A DNA stretch of 64,000 nt from positions 251,982 through 315,981 of the forward strand of contig JAJDAC010000022.1 of the NCBI GenBank assembly GCA_029262065.1. The letters are read 5' to 3'. The translations under genes were made by a program, and so were the position numbers. The stretch is from Candidatus Krumholzibacteriota bacterium (lineage in GTDB: Bacteria > Krumholzibacteriota > Krumholzibacteriia > JAJRXK01). Below, piece after piece: positions 1 to 8,728 of the stretch (positions are counted from its first letter, which is position 1; each line of letters starts with the position of its first letter). Under the pieces are notes generated by a model. That model saw nothing but the letters and a program-made list of their open reading frames with translations. It ran no database searches and had not been told where the DNA came from.

Positions 1-173
1 CGCGATGATCGCGCCAATGAAGCCGAACACGAGCAGTACGAACACGCCTTCCACGCCACTCCTCCGAGATCGCGAGTGCACCATCCTCGGCTGCAGCCTA
101 CCACCGCGGCGGTCCTCGGCAAAGATGGCACCTATTCGGATCTCAAGAAGTCCGGCGACGAAGGGTAGCCAGC

Positions 174-785
174 CTAGTCCACCATGACGCTGGCCCCGGA
201 CTCCGGATCGAAGAAGTACGACGTGTTGCCGTCGCCGCCGATGTAGCCGCCCGCGGTTCGGCGTTGGTACGCCGAGCCGCCACCACCACCGCCGCGCGCC
301 AGCTGCCAGAGATTCAGCAAGGCCGGCCCACCCTCGTACCCCGCGAAACCCTGGGCATCCAGCCAGTAGCGGCCGGGCGAAACCGGTATGAGCTGGGAGA
401 GCTGCATCACATCCAGCGGATGAAGTTCGCGACCGTTGACCCACACCCAGGTCTGCCGACCCCGCGAGCTCCCACCGGAGGCATCGGCCCGCAAGGTGCC
501 ACCCAACCTGCGCCCCGGCACAGTCAGACCCAACGCGGGTCCCCCCTCAAGGCCCCAGGCGCCGCAGGCCGAGTCGTACCAGTAACGGCCGTCAGGAATA
601 CGTTGGCCCAGCTCGGCTTCCATCGCCCGCTGCACCTCTGGATCGATTGAGGCGCCATTGACGACCAGGTCACCGGCGAACGTTGTCGCCGACAGAAACA
701 GAAGCAACAGGGTTGCGCCAAAGGGAGTCAGACCTCGCATGTTCTTCTCCGTCGCCGGGGTGGTCCAATCGGGGTTCGATTTCAC
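174..785 (-). CDS. Secreted hypothetical protein with two internal GRYW(Y/L)D...EGGPAL repeats
   Basis: 203-aa ORF. N-terminal hydrophobic signal (LTPFGATLLLLFLSATTFAG). Two copies of a ~30-aa motif (PDGRYWYDSACGAWGLEGGPALGL / SPGRYWLDAQGFAGYEGGPALLNL). Gly-rich C-terminus. No family recognised. Confidence 0.4.
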   Translation of the reverse strand: MKSNPDWTTPATEKNMRGLTPFGATLLLLFLSATTFAGDLVVNGASIDPEVQRAMEAELGQRIPDGRYWYDSACGAWGLEGGPALGLTVPGRRLGGTLRADASGGSSRGRQTWVWVNGRELHPLDVMQLSQLIPVSPGRYWLDAQGFAGYEGGPALLNLWQLARGGGGGGSAYQRRTAGGYIGGDGNTSYFFDPESGASVMVD

Positions 786-824
786 TCAAACCCTAGGACT
801 CTCCTCCGACGCTGGAATCACAGC

Positions 825-1730
825 TCAGCGCGATTCTTCACTGTTCGCGGGCTCGGCGGCCACCAAGGCAAGCCACTTGCCGTCGTCGCTGACCGCGAGC
901 CGCGTGATTCCGTGAAGCTCGGAGTCGGCGAAATCGTGCAACGCCACCCAATCTGAACCAGGTGCCCACTCCATGAGCCGCGTGCCGTCGACCATCCATA
1001 TCGTCCGCCACGGCGACCACGCGAAGTCCTGACTTTGTCCAGGAGCATCCACAAGGTCTTCCGTCTCGCCGGTTTTCATGTCGACAACCCGGATCATCCA
1101 CTGATCGTCGTCCCGAGGCTGGGTAAAGGAACCCGCCCGGCGTCCGGGAACGGGCTGCAAAGCACGTCCGATGTCCGCCACCACGCGCACCGACGGCCGG
1201 TCGCCCCGGCGCGCTCGGTGCAGCTCGTGGGGGTCGCCCAGGACGAACAGGATCAGCTCTTCGGAATCGATCCAGGCGTGGTAACCCACGCCCGTGACGT
1301 TCGGATTCACCAGCACCGGCTCGCCCTCGACGGGAAATTCCCAGAGCCGTTGGGTGGAATCGGCTTCCACTCGCACGGTCGAAAATCCACCGCCGGGAAG
1401 CGGCGTGGGAGAGTACTCACTTTCGGCAGTAAACGTGATCCGGCGCACCGCCGGTTGGCCAATATCGTAGGCGTAGATGTCGGCTTGTTCATCCTCACGA
1501 ATCGAAGTGAAGTAGAAGCCCGCGCCATTGGATCCGTCGCCGGGCCAGAAACTGGGCTGGTTGTCGTACCCCGGCCGCTCGGTCACGTTCACCGGCGCGC
1601 CAAACACAATGCTGTCCTCAGACCGGTCGATGGAGACCAGGTGAATATCCATCGCCGGTGGCTGGGCGATCGCGGCGGTAGCAAACGCACCCAGGACAAT
1701 CGGACACCAGAAGAAACAACGAGACATCAT
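825..1730 (-). CDS. Secreted PD40/TolB-like beta-propeller repeat protein
   Basis: The ORF runs to 1919, but an internal Met-Met at 1730 is followed by a signal peptide (MMSRCFFWCPIVLGAFATAAIAQP) and preceded by a GGGAGGGG ribosome-binding site. PD40-like repeats are present (GYDNQPSFWPGDGSNGAGFYFTSIREDEQADIYAYD..). Confidence 0.5.
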   Translation of the reverse strand: MMSRCFFWCPIVLGAFATAAIAQPPAMDIHLVSIDRSEDSIVFGAPVNVTERPGYDNQPSFWPGDGSNGAGFYFTSIREDEQADIYAYDIGQPAVRRITFTAESEYSPTPLPGGGFSTVRVEADSTQRLWEFPVEGEPVLVNPNVTGVGYHAWIDSEELILFVLGDPHELHRARRGDRPSVRVVADIGRALQPVPGRRAGSFTQPRDDDQWMIRVVDMKTGETEDLVDAPGQSQDFAWSPWRTIWMVDGTRLMEWAPGSDWVALHDFADSELHGITRLAVSDDGKWLALVAAEPANSEESR

Positions 1731-1907
1731 GACTACTACCCCTCCCTTGTGAGGTACCACGCTAGCACGGGGCGGTGGATGAGGTCGAGGCGGGCGTGGT
1801 TCTTGCGGTCTATCGCATCCGATACTCCGCCCTGATCTGCTCATGGCTGCCCATGAGACCTTGAAGGATCCCATACGTCCCGACGTCGGTAGTGCCCGGA
1901 GGCCACC

Positions 1908-2942
1908 GTGCGGAAACATGATCTACAAGCGCGCACATTGCGAAGCGCGGGTAGTGTGTTGTTGGCGCTCGTCCTGCTCGCCGATATCACGGGTTGTGAT
2001 GCGCCTCGCCGGAGACCCGTGGTCACTGATCCCGATCCGACCCCGGTGGCAATCGCGAAACCTGCACCAAAGCCTGCACCAAAGCCTACACCAAAGATGG
2101 TCACGCCACCGCCCGCGGTACCGCCCAAGTCCGTCCCCCGCGCGGTGATCGTGGTAGTCAGCGGGACCGATCCCGCGTACGGCAACGTGGCAATCGCCCT
2201 GTCCGACCGTTTTGGCTCAGACGGTGTCACCGTGCTCAACGTGCAGGCGGGACCACTCGATTTGACGCCGGACCTGGTTTCGGACGACGTCGCCGTAATT
2301 GCCGTGGGATTGGGTGCCGCCCTCGCGGTCCGCAAGGCCGGCGTTCGACCCGCGTATTTTTGCCAGGTATTCAACCATCGCCCCTACTCGTTGCTGGATT
2401 CGGGCATGCATGGAATCGACATGATCCCCGAACCGAAACCGGTTCTCCGGCGCTGGCGCCAAACCTTCCCGAACTCGAAAACGATGGGGATCGTTACCGG
2501 CGTGGGACACGAAGACCGAGTGGCCGCGATCGCCGCGACCGCTTCGGATATGGGAATGGAAGTCGTTCACCGAGTCGTAACCTCGGACAAGGAAGCCAAA
2601 CTGGCGTTCGGCAAACTGCTACATTCCGTCGACGGACTCTGGATGCTTCCGGACAACCGCGTGCTTTCACGCGAAGTACTTCAAGATGTTCTGATCCAGG
2701 CCCAAAACCTACGGAAACCAGTTCTCGTGAACACTCCGGCCCTGCTGGCTCTGGGCGCCGCAATGACCGCCTCCGTACATCCGTCGGAAATCGCTTCTCT
2801 GGCGTTCGACCATATTCAAACAACGAACGATACGGCGTCGAGAATGCACACGATTGACAACGTCGAATTCACCATGAATTCCGACGCCGTCGCCTGGATC
2901 CAGGCCGCGACAGACACTCCCGCAACAAAGCCGAGCCGCTGA
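1908..2942 (+). CDS. Periplasmic ABC-type substrate-binding lipoprotein (ABC_sub_bind-like)
   Basis: GTG start. Lipobox LLADITGC followed by a Pro/Lys-rich linker (KPAPKPAPKPTPK). The fold is a class-I periplasmic binding-protein fold (..VIVVVSGTDPAYGNVAIAL.., ..MGIVTGVGHEDRVAAI..). It lies directly upstream, on the same strand, of a GGDEF-EAL sensor. Confidence 0.5.
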   Translation: MRKHDLQARTLRSAGSVLLALVLLADITGCDAPRRRPVVTDPDPTPVAIAKPAPKPAPKPTPKMVTPPPAVPPKSVPRAVIVVVSGTDPAYGNVAIALSDRFGSDGVTVLNVQAGPLDLTPDLVSDDVAVIAVGLGAALAVRKAGVRPAYFCQVFNHRPYSLLDSGMHGIDMIPEPKPVLRRWRQTFPNSKTMGIVTGVGHEDRVAAIAATASDMGMEVVHRVVTSDKEAKLAFGKLLHSVDGLWMLPDNRVLSREVLQDVLIQAQNLRKPVLVNTPALLALGAAMTASVHPSEIASLAFDHIQTTNDTASRMHTIDNVEFTMNSDAVAWIQAATDTPATKPSR

Positions 2943-2947
2943 GGTCG

Positions 2948-5140
2948 TTGATGTCAGGTAGCGAGCCGGCCAAGCCAGACATCGCGTCCCCCTCGGCAAT
3001 CCGCGCCTTCATGGCCCGCATGCCGCAGCCGGGAGTGCGAAGCCTGGTCAGCGATTTCTTCATGGTGCACCTGGTGTTCACCGCGTTCGTTGGGTTGTTG
3101 GCCGTGGGCGCGCTGTGGTGGACGTCGCAGTGGGTTATCGAAGACAACATGAGAAACTGGGCTGTGCAGTGGGTTACCCGACTCGACTCCCTCGGCGCCC
3201 CATTGTACGCCTCGGACCGATCGGCCGAATTCAGCCGGGTCGAGCAGTACGCCCGCCGATTTCCCGAGATCGCATTCGTGCGCTACTACGACGCGGAGGG
3301 CGAGCTTCTGCAGCAGGAGTACAGCAACGGGGGAAACCTGGCCGAACAGGTACCAAACCTCACCGAGGAACAGATCGGGCTACTTCAGGATGGCCTCGAC
3401 GACGAAGATTATGTACTGGACGAACGTTTCGGTGAAGGCCACCGTTTTCGCGCCAGTACCTCTCTGTGGGCCGAGTCCATCGCCTCCGATGGCTTGCTGG
3501 CCTTCGATCTCGAAGGCGATACCAGCCACCCCCGTACTCTTCTGGGATTCGTGGAACTCGGACTCGATTTCGATGAGTACGGCAGCGGACTGACGAGCCG
3601 GGTCCTGAACGTAGGTGTGGCGATCATGGCGGGGGTGTTTCTGCTCGCGGTGGCCGGTCGCTTCGCAGCCAAGCGCGCGCTTTCGCCGCTGAGCCAATTG
3701 CACGAGCCTCTGCATCGACTGGCCAGCGGCGACATGGAGTTCGACCTGCAACAGGGTGGCCACACCGAGATCAAGGCGATCAACACCGCGCTGGTGAGTA
3801 CCATCACCGCACTGCAGGAGCGTGACCGGAAGCTTCGCCGGCTTGCCAACTACGACCCTCTGACCGGCCTCATGAGCCGTCGCGGCTTCGAAGAGCAACT
3901 CGATGCCGATCTGCTCGAAATCGAAAGCGACGACGAACCCGCGGCGCTGTTGTTCATCGATCTGGATCAATTCAAGTACGTCAACGATACGGCCGGGCAC
4001 GCGGCGGGCGATCGCCTGTTGGTACGCGTGGCCGAAACGCTACGATCGTCGCTCCGGGATCAGGACCTCGTCTGTCGCTTCGGCGGCGACGAATTCACCA
4101 TCCTGGCCCGCCACGTCACCCAGACCGACGCCAACACCCTCGCCCAGCAGCTTCTGGACGCGATGGCGGAGATCAATTTCGTGGAGAACGGACACCCATT
4201 CCAGGTGCTCTGCAGCATCGGTGTCACGATCGTGCGCTCGAACAACTATACCGCGACCGAACTGATCGAGCAGGCCGACCTCGCCTGCCACGAGGCCAAG
4301 GCCAACGGAAGGAATCGGCACGAGTTCTACCGGGCAATCGCGGCCGACGAGGAACAGGCCGCCACCGACATGGGCTGGTCCCGTCGCATCGCCGATGCTC
4401 TCGAGAACGACCGGTTCACCCTTCAGTTCCAGCCAATCATCGACATCCAGAGTCGTTCGCCAGTGCTGTACGAAGTGCTCCTACGCATGCGCGCAGGTGA
4501 CAAGATCATCGCGCCCGGTGCGTTCCTGCCCGCCGCCCACCGTTTCGGGTTCATGGTCGACATCGACTACTGGGTGATCCGACAGGCGCTGGAAACCCTG
4601 GCTCAGTTTCGCCAGGGTGGCCACGAAGTGTCGCTGGCGCTGAATCTGTCGGGGGTGGTTTTCGACGACCGGCGCGTAGTCGACTACGTAAGGGAACACC
4701 TGGATAGGAACCAGATTCCAGCCTCGTCGGTGGTATTCGAGATCACCGAACAGATTGCAATTCGGTACGTGGCCGACGCCAACAAGATCATCGGCGAACT
4801 AAAGGAAATGGGCTGCTCGTTCGCGCTCGATGACTTCGGGGCCGGCTTCAGCTCGTTCAACTACCTGAAGCAACTCCCCATGGACTATCTGAAGATCGAC
4901 GGAACGTTCATAGAGAATATTGATCGGGATGAAACCAACCAGGCCATGGTGCGCTCGATGGTTCAGATTGCCAGCGCCGTGAACATGAAGACCATTGCCG
5001 AGTACGTCATGAACGACGCTTCGTTGGCCAAGCTGGAGGAGTTGGGAGTCGACTTCGCACAGGGCTTCCACATTGCCCGCCCCGACAGCGCACTTGCCCT
5101 GGGACCCTTCACGCACGTGGGCGCGGTCGACAACTCCTAG
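2948..5140 (+). CDS. Membrane sensor diguanylate cyclase/phosphodiesterase (TM-periplasmic domain-TM-HAMP-GGDEF-EAL)
   Basis: Two transmembrane segments flank a ~190-aa periplasmic region, followed by a HAMP domain. GGDEF domain with an intact RFGGDEF motif. EAL domain (QFQPIIDI.., VFEITEQ, ALDDFGAGFSSFNYL, LKIDGTFI). Confidence 0.85.
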   Translation: MMSGSEPAKPDIASPSAIRAFMARMPQPGVRSLVSDFFMVHLVFTAFVGLLAVGALWWTSQWVIEDNMRNWAVQWVTRLDSLGAPLYASDRSAEFSRVEQYARRFPEIAFVRYYDAEGELLQQEYSNGGNLAEQVPNLTEEQIGLLQDGLDDEDYVLDERFGEGHRFRASTSLWAESIASDGLLAFDLEGDTSHPRTLLGFVELGLDFDEYGSGLTSRVLNVGVAIMAGVFLLAVAGRFAAKRALSPLSQLHEPLHRLASGDMEFDLQQGGHTEIKAINTALVSTITALQERDRKLRRLANYDPLTGLMSRRGFEEQLDADLLEIESDDEPAALLFIDLDQFKYVNDTAGHAAGDRLLVRVAETLRSSLRDQDLVCRFGGDEFTILARHVTQTDANTLAQQLLDAMAEINFVENGHPFQVLCSIGVTIVRSNNYTATELIEQADLACHEAKANGRNRHEFYRAIAADEEQAATDMGWSRRIADALENDRFTLQFQPIIDIQSRSPVLYEVLLRMRAGDKIIAPGAFLPAAHRFGFMVDIDYWVIRQALETLAQFRQGGHEVSLALNLSGVVFDDRRVVDYVREHLDRNQIPASSVVFEITEQIAIRYVADANKIIGELKEMGCSFALDDFGAGFSSFNYLKQLPMDYLKIDGTFIENIDRDETNQAMVRSMVQIASAVNMKTIAEYVMNDASLAKLEELGVDFAQGFHIARPDSALALGPFTHVGAVDNS

Positions 5141-6243
5141 TTGGACCCGGTTCCGACGGCCATCTTCTCGATGACCTCTACCAAGGCGCGCCCAAAGTAT
5201 TCGTGACCCAGTTGGGTCGCGTGACGGTCGTAGGGAAAGAACATTTCCTGACCCGGCGGCATTCCGTCCAGCGCATTCACCCAGGTAACCCCCAGATCGT
5301 CAAACATCGCGTGTACCCGATCGCGAAACTCCAGCTCGAGTTCACTGGCCCGGTGCTGGTATTCGTTCACCCGGGGCAGATACACAAACCCCACTTTGAC
5401 CCCGCGCTCTTCGGCCAACCGCAGAATCTCCCCGAATACTTCCTCGCGCAGTACCCGGTCGGCAAACTCGATTCGCTCGGAGTCGACGGGAGGCAACGTA
5501 TTTCGTAGGTCCGCCCGCATGGCGTCGAGCGTCCGCGAACCCGCCCAACTCAGCGCATGCGAGGGCGCGTTGATCATGCGTACCGCCACCAGCTGAGCGC
5601 GGGCCTGAATCTTCTCTTTCCAGCGGTACTTGCTGGTCAGAGGCGGCATTGACACCGAATAGCGGGCGTCACCCTGGGCCACGTTGCGCAAACCATTCAA
5701 ACGTAGACAGAACACCACGGCGTCGACGCCCGGGTAGTTGCCGTCCTCTCCGAACAAGGACAGGAACTCGTCGCGGAACAGCGACATCTGACGTGGGGCG
5801 TACTGAGCCGAGGCCCCCAGAGCCACGATCTGGATTCCCGGCAGGCTTCGCTGGGCCACGGAGCTGAAATGCAGATCGACGGGGAGCTGATGGGCTTCCA
5901 GATAGCTGTCACCGATGACCGCGACGCGAACGGGACGTTCGGGATCGGCGCCGAAAGGTCGGGCGTGGTACCCCTCGGCGTTGCGATACACGGGATTGGC
6001 AAACTCGCGCTTGTACCAGGGACGACCCACAATCAGTTCGTGATCGGGCTGGGAAAATCTGGCCCGAATCTGGTTGGGTCCGTTGTAGCCGAAATCGTCG
6101 AAGCCCCGCAACATACCCTCGACGGCCAACAACACGACGAGCAACGACACCACGGCCAGCAGCAACTCCCGAGCGCTGGCCACGATCGCTTCGCGCGCGC
6201 CGCGAGGGCGCGCGGCGTCAAAACTGAAAATAGACGAAGTCAT
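5137..6243 (-). CDS. AlgJ/AlgX/DltD-like SGNH O-acyltransferase partner protein
   Basis: N-terminal transmembrane anchor. VAVIGDSYLEAH (GDS block) and FFPYDRHATQLGH (D-x-H block), as in AlgJ/DltD. Its start overlaps the stop of the upstream MBOAT gene. Confidence 0.55.
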   Translation of the reverse strand: MTSSIFSFDAARPRGAREAIVASARELLLAVVSLLVVLLAVEGMLRGFDDFGYNGPNQIRARFSQPDHELIVGRPWYKREFANPVYRNAEGYHARPFGADPERPVRVAVIGDSYLEAHQLPVDLHFSSVAQRSLPGIQIVALGASAQYAPRQMSLFRDEFLSLFGEDGNYPGVDAVVFCLRLNGLRNVAQGDARYSVSMPPLTSKYRWKEKIQARAQLVAVRMINAPSHALSWAGSRTLDAMRADLRNTLPPVDSERIEFADRVLREEVFGEILRLAEERGVKVGFVYLPRVNEYQHRASELELEFRDRVHAMFDDLGVTWVNALDGMPPGQEMFFPYDRHATQLGHEYFGRALVEVIEKMAVGTGSN

Positions 6244-7618
6244 TACCTCGAAAATCCCCGAAGGCCAGAGTGATGAAGACTCCCAACCATACCAGAACCC
6301 AGTACCAGACGGGTCGCGCCAGCAACCACGCCGTAATCCGGGTCCGCCACATCAGACCATCGATGAGCAACAATCCAGGCACGTAGCGAAAGGCGGTCAG
6401 ATCCAGATCCGTGGACCAACCCCCACGAAACAGTCCCAACAGAATGCTGAAGGAATCCTGGACGGTGTCGGCGCGAAAGAAAATCCACGTGATGCAAACC
6501 AGATGAAACGTCAGGAACGTTCCCAGCAGGCGAGGCCAAAACCCCGTGGTACGGCCCGACATTGTAAATCCCCGGCGCTCCAGGGCGTGCTCCAGGTTGA
6601 TCCATACGCCATGGATGAAACCCCAGACCACGAAGGTCCAGTTGGCCCCGTGCCACAAGCCACCCAGAAGCATGGTGGCCATGATGTTGGCCATGGCTCT
6701 CAGACGAGGCACGCGATTGCCGCCCAACGTGATGTACAGGTAGTCGCGCAGCCAGGTGGAGAGTGAGATGTGCCACCGCGACCAGAAGTCGCGCACTCCC
6801 ACGGCGAAGTAGGGAAAGTTGAAGTTCAAGCCGATGTCGTAGCCGAGCACCGCGCCAATACCCCGCGCCATATCGGTATACCCGGAGAAGTCGCAGTAGA
6901 TCTGGAAAGCGAACGCGTAGGTTCCCAACAGTACGCCCACGCCCCAGTACTCTTCGGGCGCGGCAAAAACGACGTTCGCGACGCGCGCGATATTGTCGGC
7001 TACGACAACCTTCTTGATCAGGCCGTACAGGAATATGCCGATACCCCAACGCACCTGCCCCGGCGCGTAGCGGGGCCCGGCCGTGAGCTGGGGCAGGAGG
7101 TACGACGCTCGCACGATCGGGCCAGCCACGAGCTGGGGGAAGAACGCCACGTACAGGCCAAACGTCAGGATGCTATCGGTAGGTTTGAGCTGACGACGAT
7201 AGATATCGATGGTGTAGCTCAGCGTCTGGAACGTGTAGAACGAGATGCCCAGGGGCAGAATGATGTCGTAGAGAGGAAACGCCGCCTCTCCGGTCACCAT
7301 ATGCGACACGCTGTTCAGCGATCCCAGAAACCAGTTGGTGTACTTGAAGTAGAACAGCAATCCCAGGTTGCCCAGGAGCGACAGGCCCAGGAGAGCACGT
7401 CGGCGCGGCCCGTCCGGACTCTCGTGCATGGCGCGGCCGACGAAGAAATCGAGAACGGTGGAGAACAACATGAGACTCAGCAGGGGCACGCTGAACCAGG
7501 CGTAGAAGGCGTAGCTCGCCAACAACAACGCCACACGGCGTATCAGGTGTCCCCCGAAAATCGCCAGGGGCAACACCAACGCGAAGAGAATCGCGAACTC
7601 TAGAGTGTGGAAGAGCAT
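6218..7618 (-). CDS. Membrane-bound O-acyltransferase (MBOAT; AlgI/DltB family)
   Basis: 466-aa polytopic membrane protein. The MBOAT signature is present (WHISLSTWLRDYLYITLGGNR ... LGGLWHGANWTFVVWGFIHG), including the conserved His. Confidence 0.8.
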   Translation of the reverse strand: MLFHTLEFAILFALVLPLAIFGGHLIRRVALLLASYAFYAWFSVPLLSLMLFSTVLDFFVGRAMHESPDGPRRRALLGLSLLGNLGLLFYFKYTNWFLGSLNSVSHMVTGEAAFPLYDIILPLGISFYTFQTLSYTIDIYRRQLKPTDSILTFGLYVAFFPQLVAGPIVRASYLLPQLTAGPRYAPGQVRWGIGIFLYGLIKKVVVADNIARVANVVFAAPEEYWGVGVLLGTYAFAFQIYCDFSGYTDMARGIGAVLGYDIGLNFNFPYFAVGVRDFWSRWHISLSTWLRDYLYITLGGNRVPRLRAMANIMATMLLGGLWHGANWTFVVWGFIHGVWINLEHALERRGFTMSGRTTGFWPRLLGTFLTFHLVCITWIFFRADTVQDSFSILLGLFRGGWSTDLDLTAFRYVPGLLLIDGLMWRTRITAWLLARPVWYWVLVWLGVFITLAFGDFRGNDFVYFQF

Positions 7619-7719
7619 TCGATGTGGCGGCGAGATCCGACCGGGAGAGAGTTTCTTGGAGCCTGTAAATCGTAACTATCGTTGAACTTGCGTGTCAAGA
7701 CCCACGCGGCCCGAAACAA

Positions 7720-8715
7720 TCAATAGGTGGCCGGGGGTTCGGGCGTGTTGTCGAGGATCGTCTCGATCGATTCCAGAACCTCGGTCGAGAGACGAGGCAA
7801 CAACTCCAGGGCATCCAGGTTCTCTCGTAACTGATCCACCTTCGACGCTCCCAGAATGACCGTACTCACACGGGTTGACCGCAAGCACCAGGCCAACGCC
7901 AACTTGGCCAGCGAAGTATCGAGCTCTTCGGCTACCCGCTGCAGCCGGCCCACTTTTTCCAGATTCTCGCGGCCCTTCTCGTCCAGAACCTGATCGCGCA
8001 GCCATTGGTAGTCGGGCAGGGCCAGACGCGAATCGTCTGGCACTCCCTGATTGTACTTGCCCGTCAGGATACCCGACGCCAGTGGTGACCAAATGGTCGT
8101 ACCCAACCCTATGTCGTCATAGAGTTGAAGATATTCACGCTCTACCCGCTCCCGGTGAAGCATGTTGTACTGCGGTTGCTCCATCGTGGGCGGGTCCACT
8201 CCCAACGAGATTGCGATCCCGTGGGCACGGGCGATCTGGTCGGCACTCCACTCGGATGTCCCCCAGTACAGCACCTTGCCCTGGCGCACCAGGTCGCCCA
8301 TGGCCCGAACGGTTTCCTCGATCGGAGTTTCGTGGTCGGGGCGATGGCAGAAGAAGAGATCGAGATAGTCGACGTCGAGGCGGCGCATTGCCGCGTGGCA
8401 GGCATCATGCACATGCTTGCGGCTGAGGCCACGCTGTGTGGGCAGGTCGCCACCCCAGAACACCTTGCTGGAAACACAGTAGCTGTCCCGCGGGAACCCC
8501 AGCTTCTTCAGCGCCCGCCCCATGATTTCCTCAGAACGGCCCTGGGCGTAGGCTTCGGCGTTGTCGAAGAAGTTCACACCGGCGTCGTACGCCACTTTCA
8601 TGCATTCCACGGCCAACGAATCATCGACCTGATAGTGGAACGTGACCCACGACCCCAACGAGAACGCGCTCACTTTCAGTCCGCTGCGACCCAGCCGCCG
8701 GTACTCCATATCCAC
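7720..8715 (-). CDS. Aldo/keto reductase (Kv-beta/YajO-like)
   Basis: MEYRRLGRSGLKVSAFSLGSW.. N-terminus, GVNFFDNAEAYA, and the CHRPD motif are all typical of the AKR superfamily. Confidence 0.85.
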   Translation of the reverse strand: MDMEYRRLGRSGLKVSAFSLGSWVTFHYQVDDSLAVECMKVAYDAGVNFFDNAEAYAQGRSEEIMGRALKKLGFPRDSYCVSSKVFWGGDLPTQRGLSRKHVHDACHAAMRRLDVDYLDLFFCHRPDHETPIEETVRAMGDLVRQGKVLYWGTSEWSADQIARAHGIAISLGVDPPTMEQPQYNMLHRERVEREYLQLYDDIGLGTTIWSPLASGILTGKYNQGVPDDSRLALPDYQWLRDQVLDEKGRENLEKVGRLQRVAEELDTSLAKLALAWCLRSTRVSTVILGASKVDQLRENLDALELLPRLSTEVLESIETILDNTPEPPATY

Positions 8716-8728
8716 GACCCATCCCCCT

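Noticed and set aside
1035-1835. 266-aa plus-strand ORF antisense to the TolB-like gene. Other long antisense or shifted ORFs of the same kind: 3380-4000, 6243-7049, 6770-7603, 18160-19170, 20324-21190, 23001-24488, 25395-26207, 27054-28040, 33290-34954, 40879-41838, 42080-43231, 44101-45036, 48149-49144, 55812-56851, 57402-58787, 62083-63207.
   Set aside because: High-GC DNA produces long stop-free reading frames opposite real genes. These have Arg/Pro/Gly-rich, low-complexity translations with no domain signatures, and they overlap strongly supported genes.
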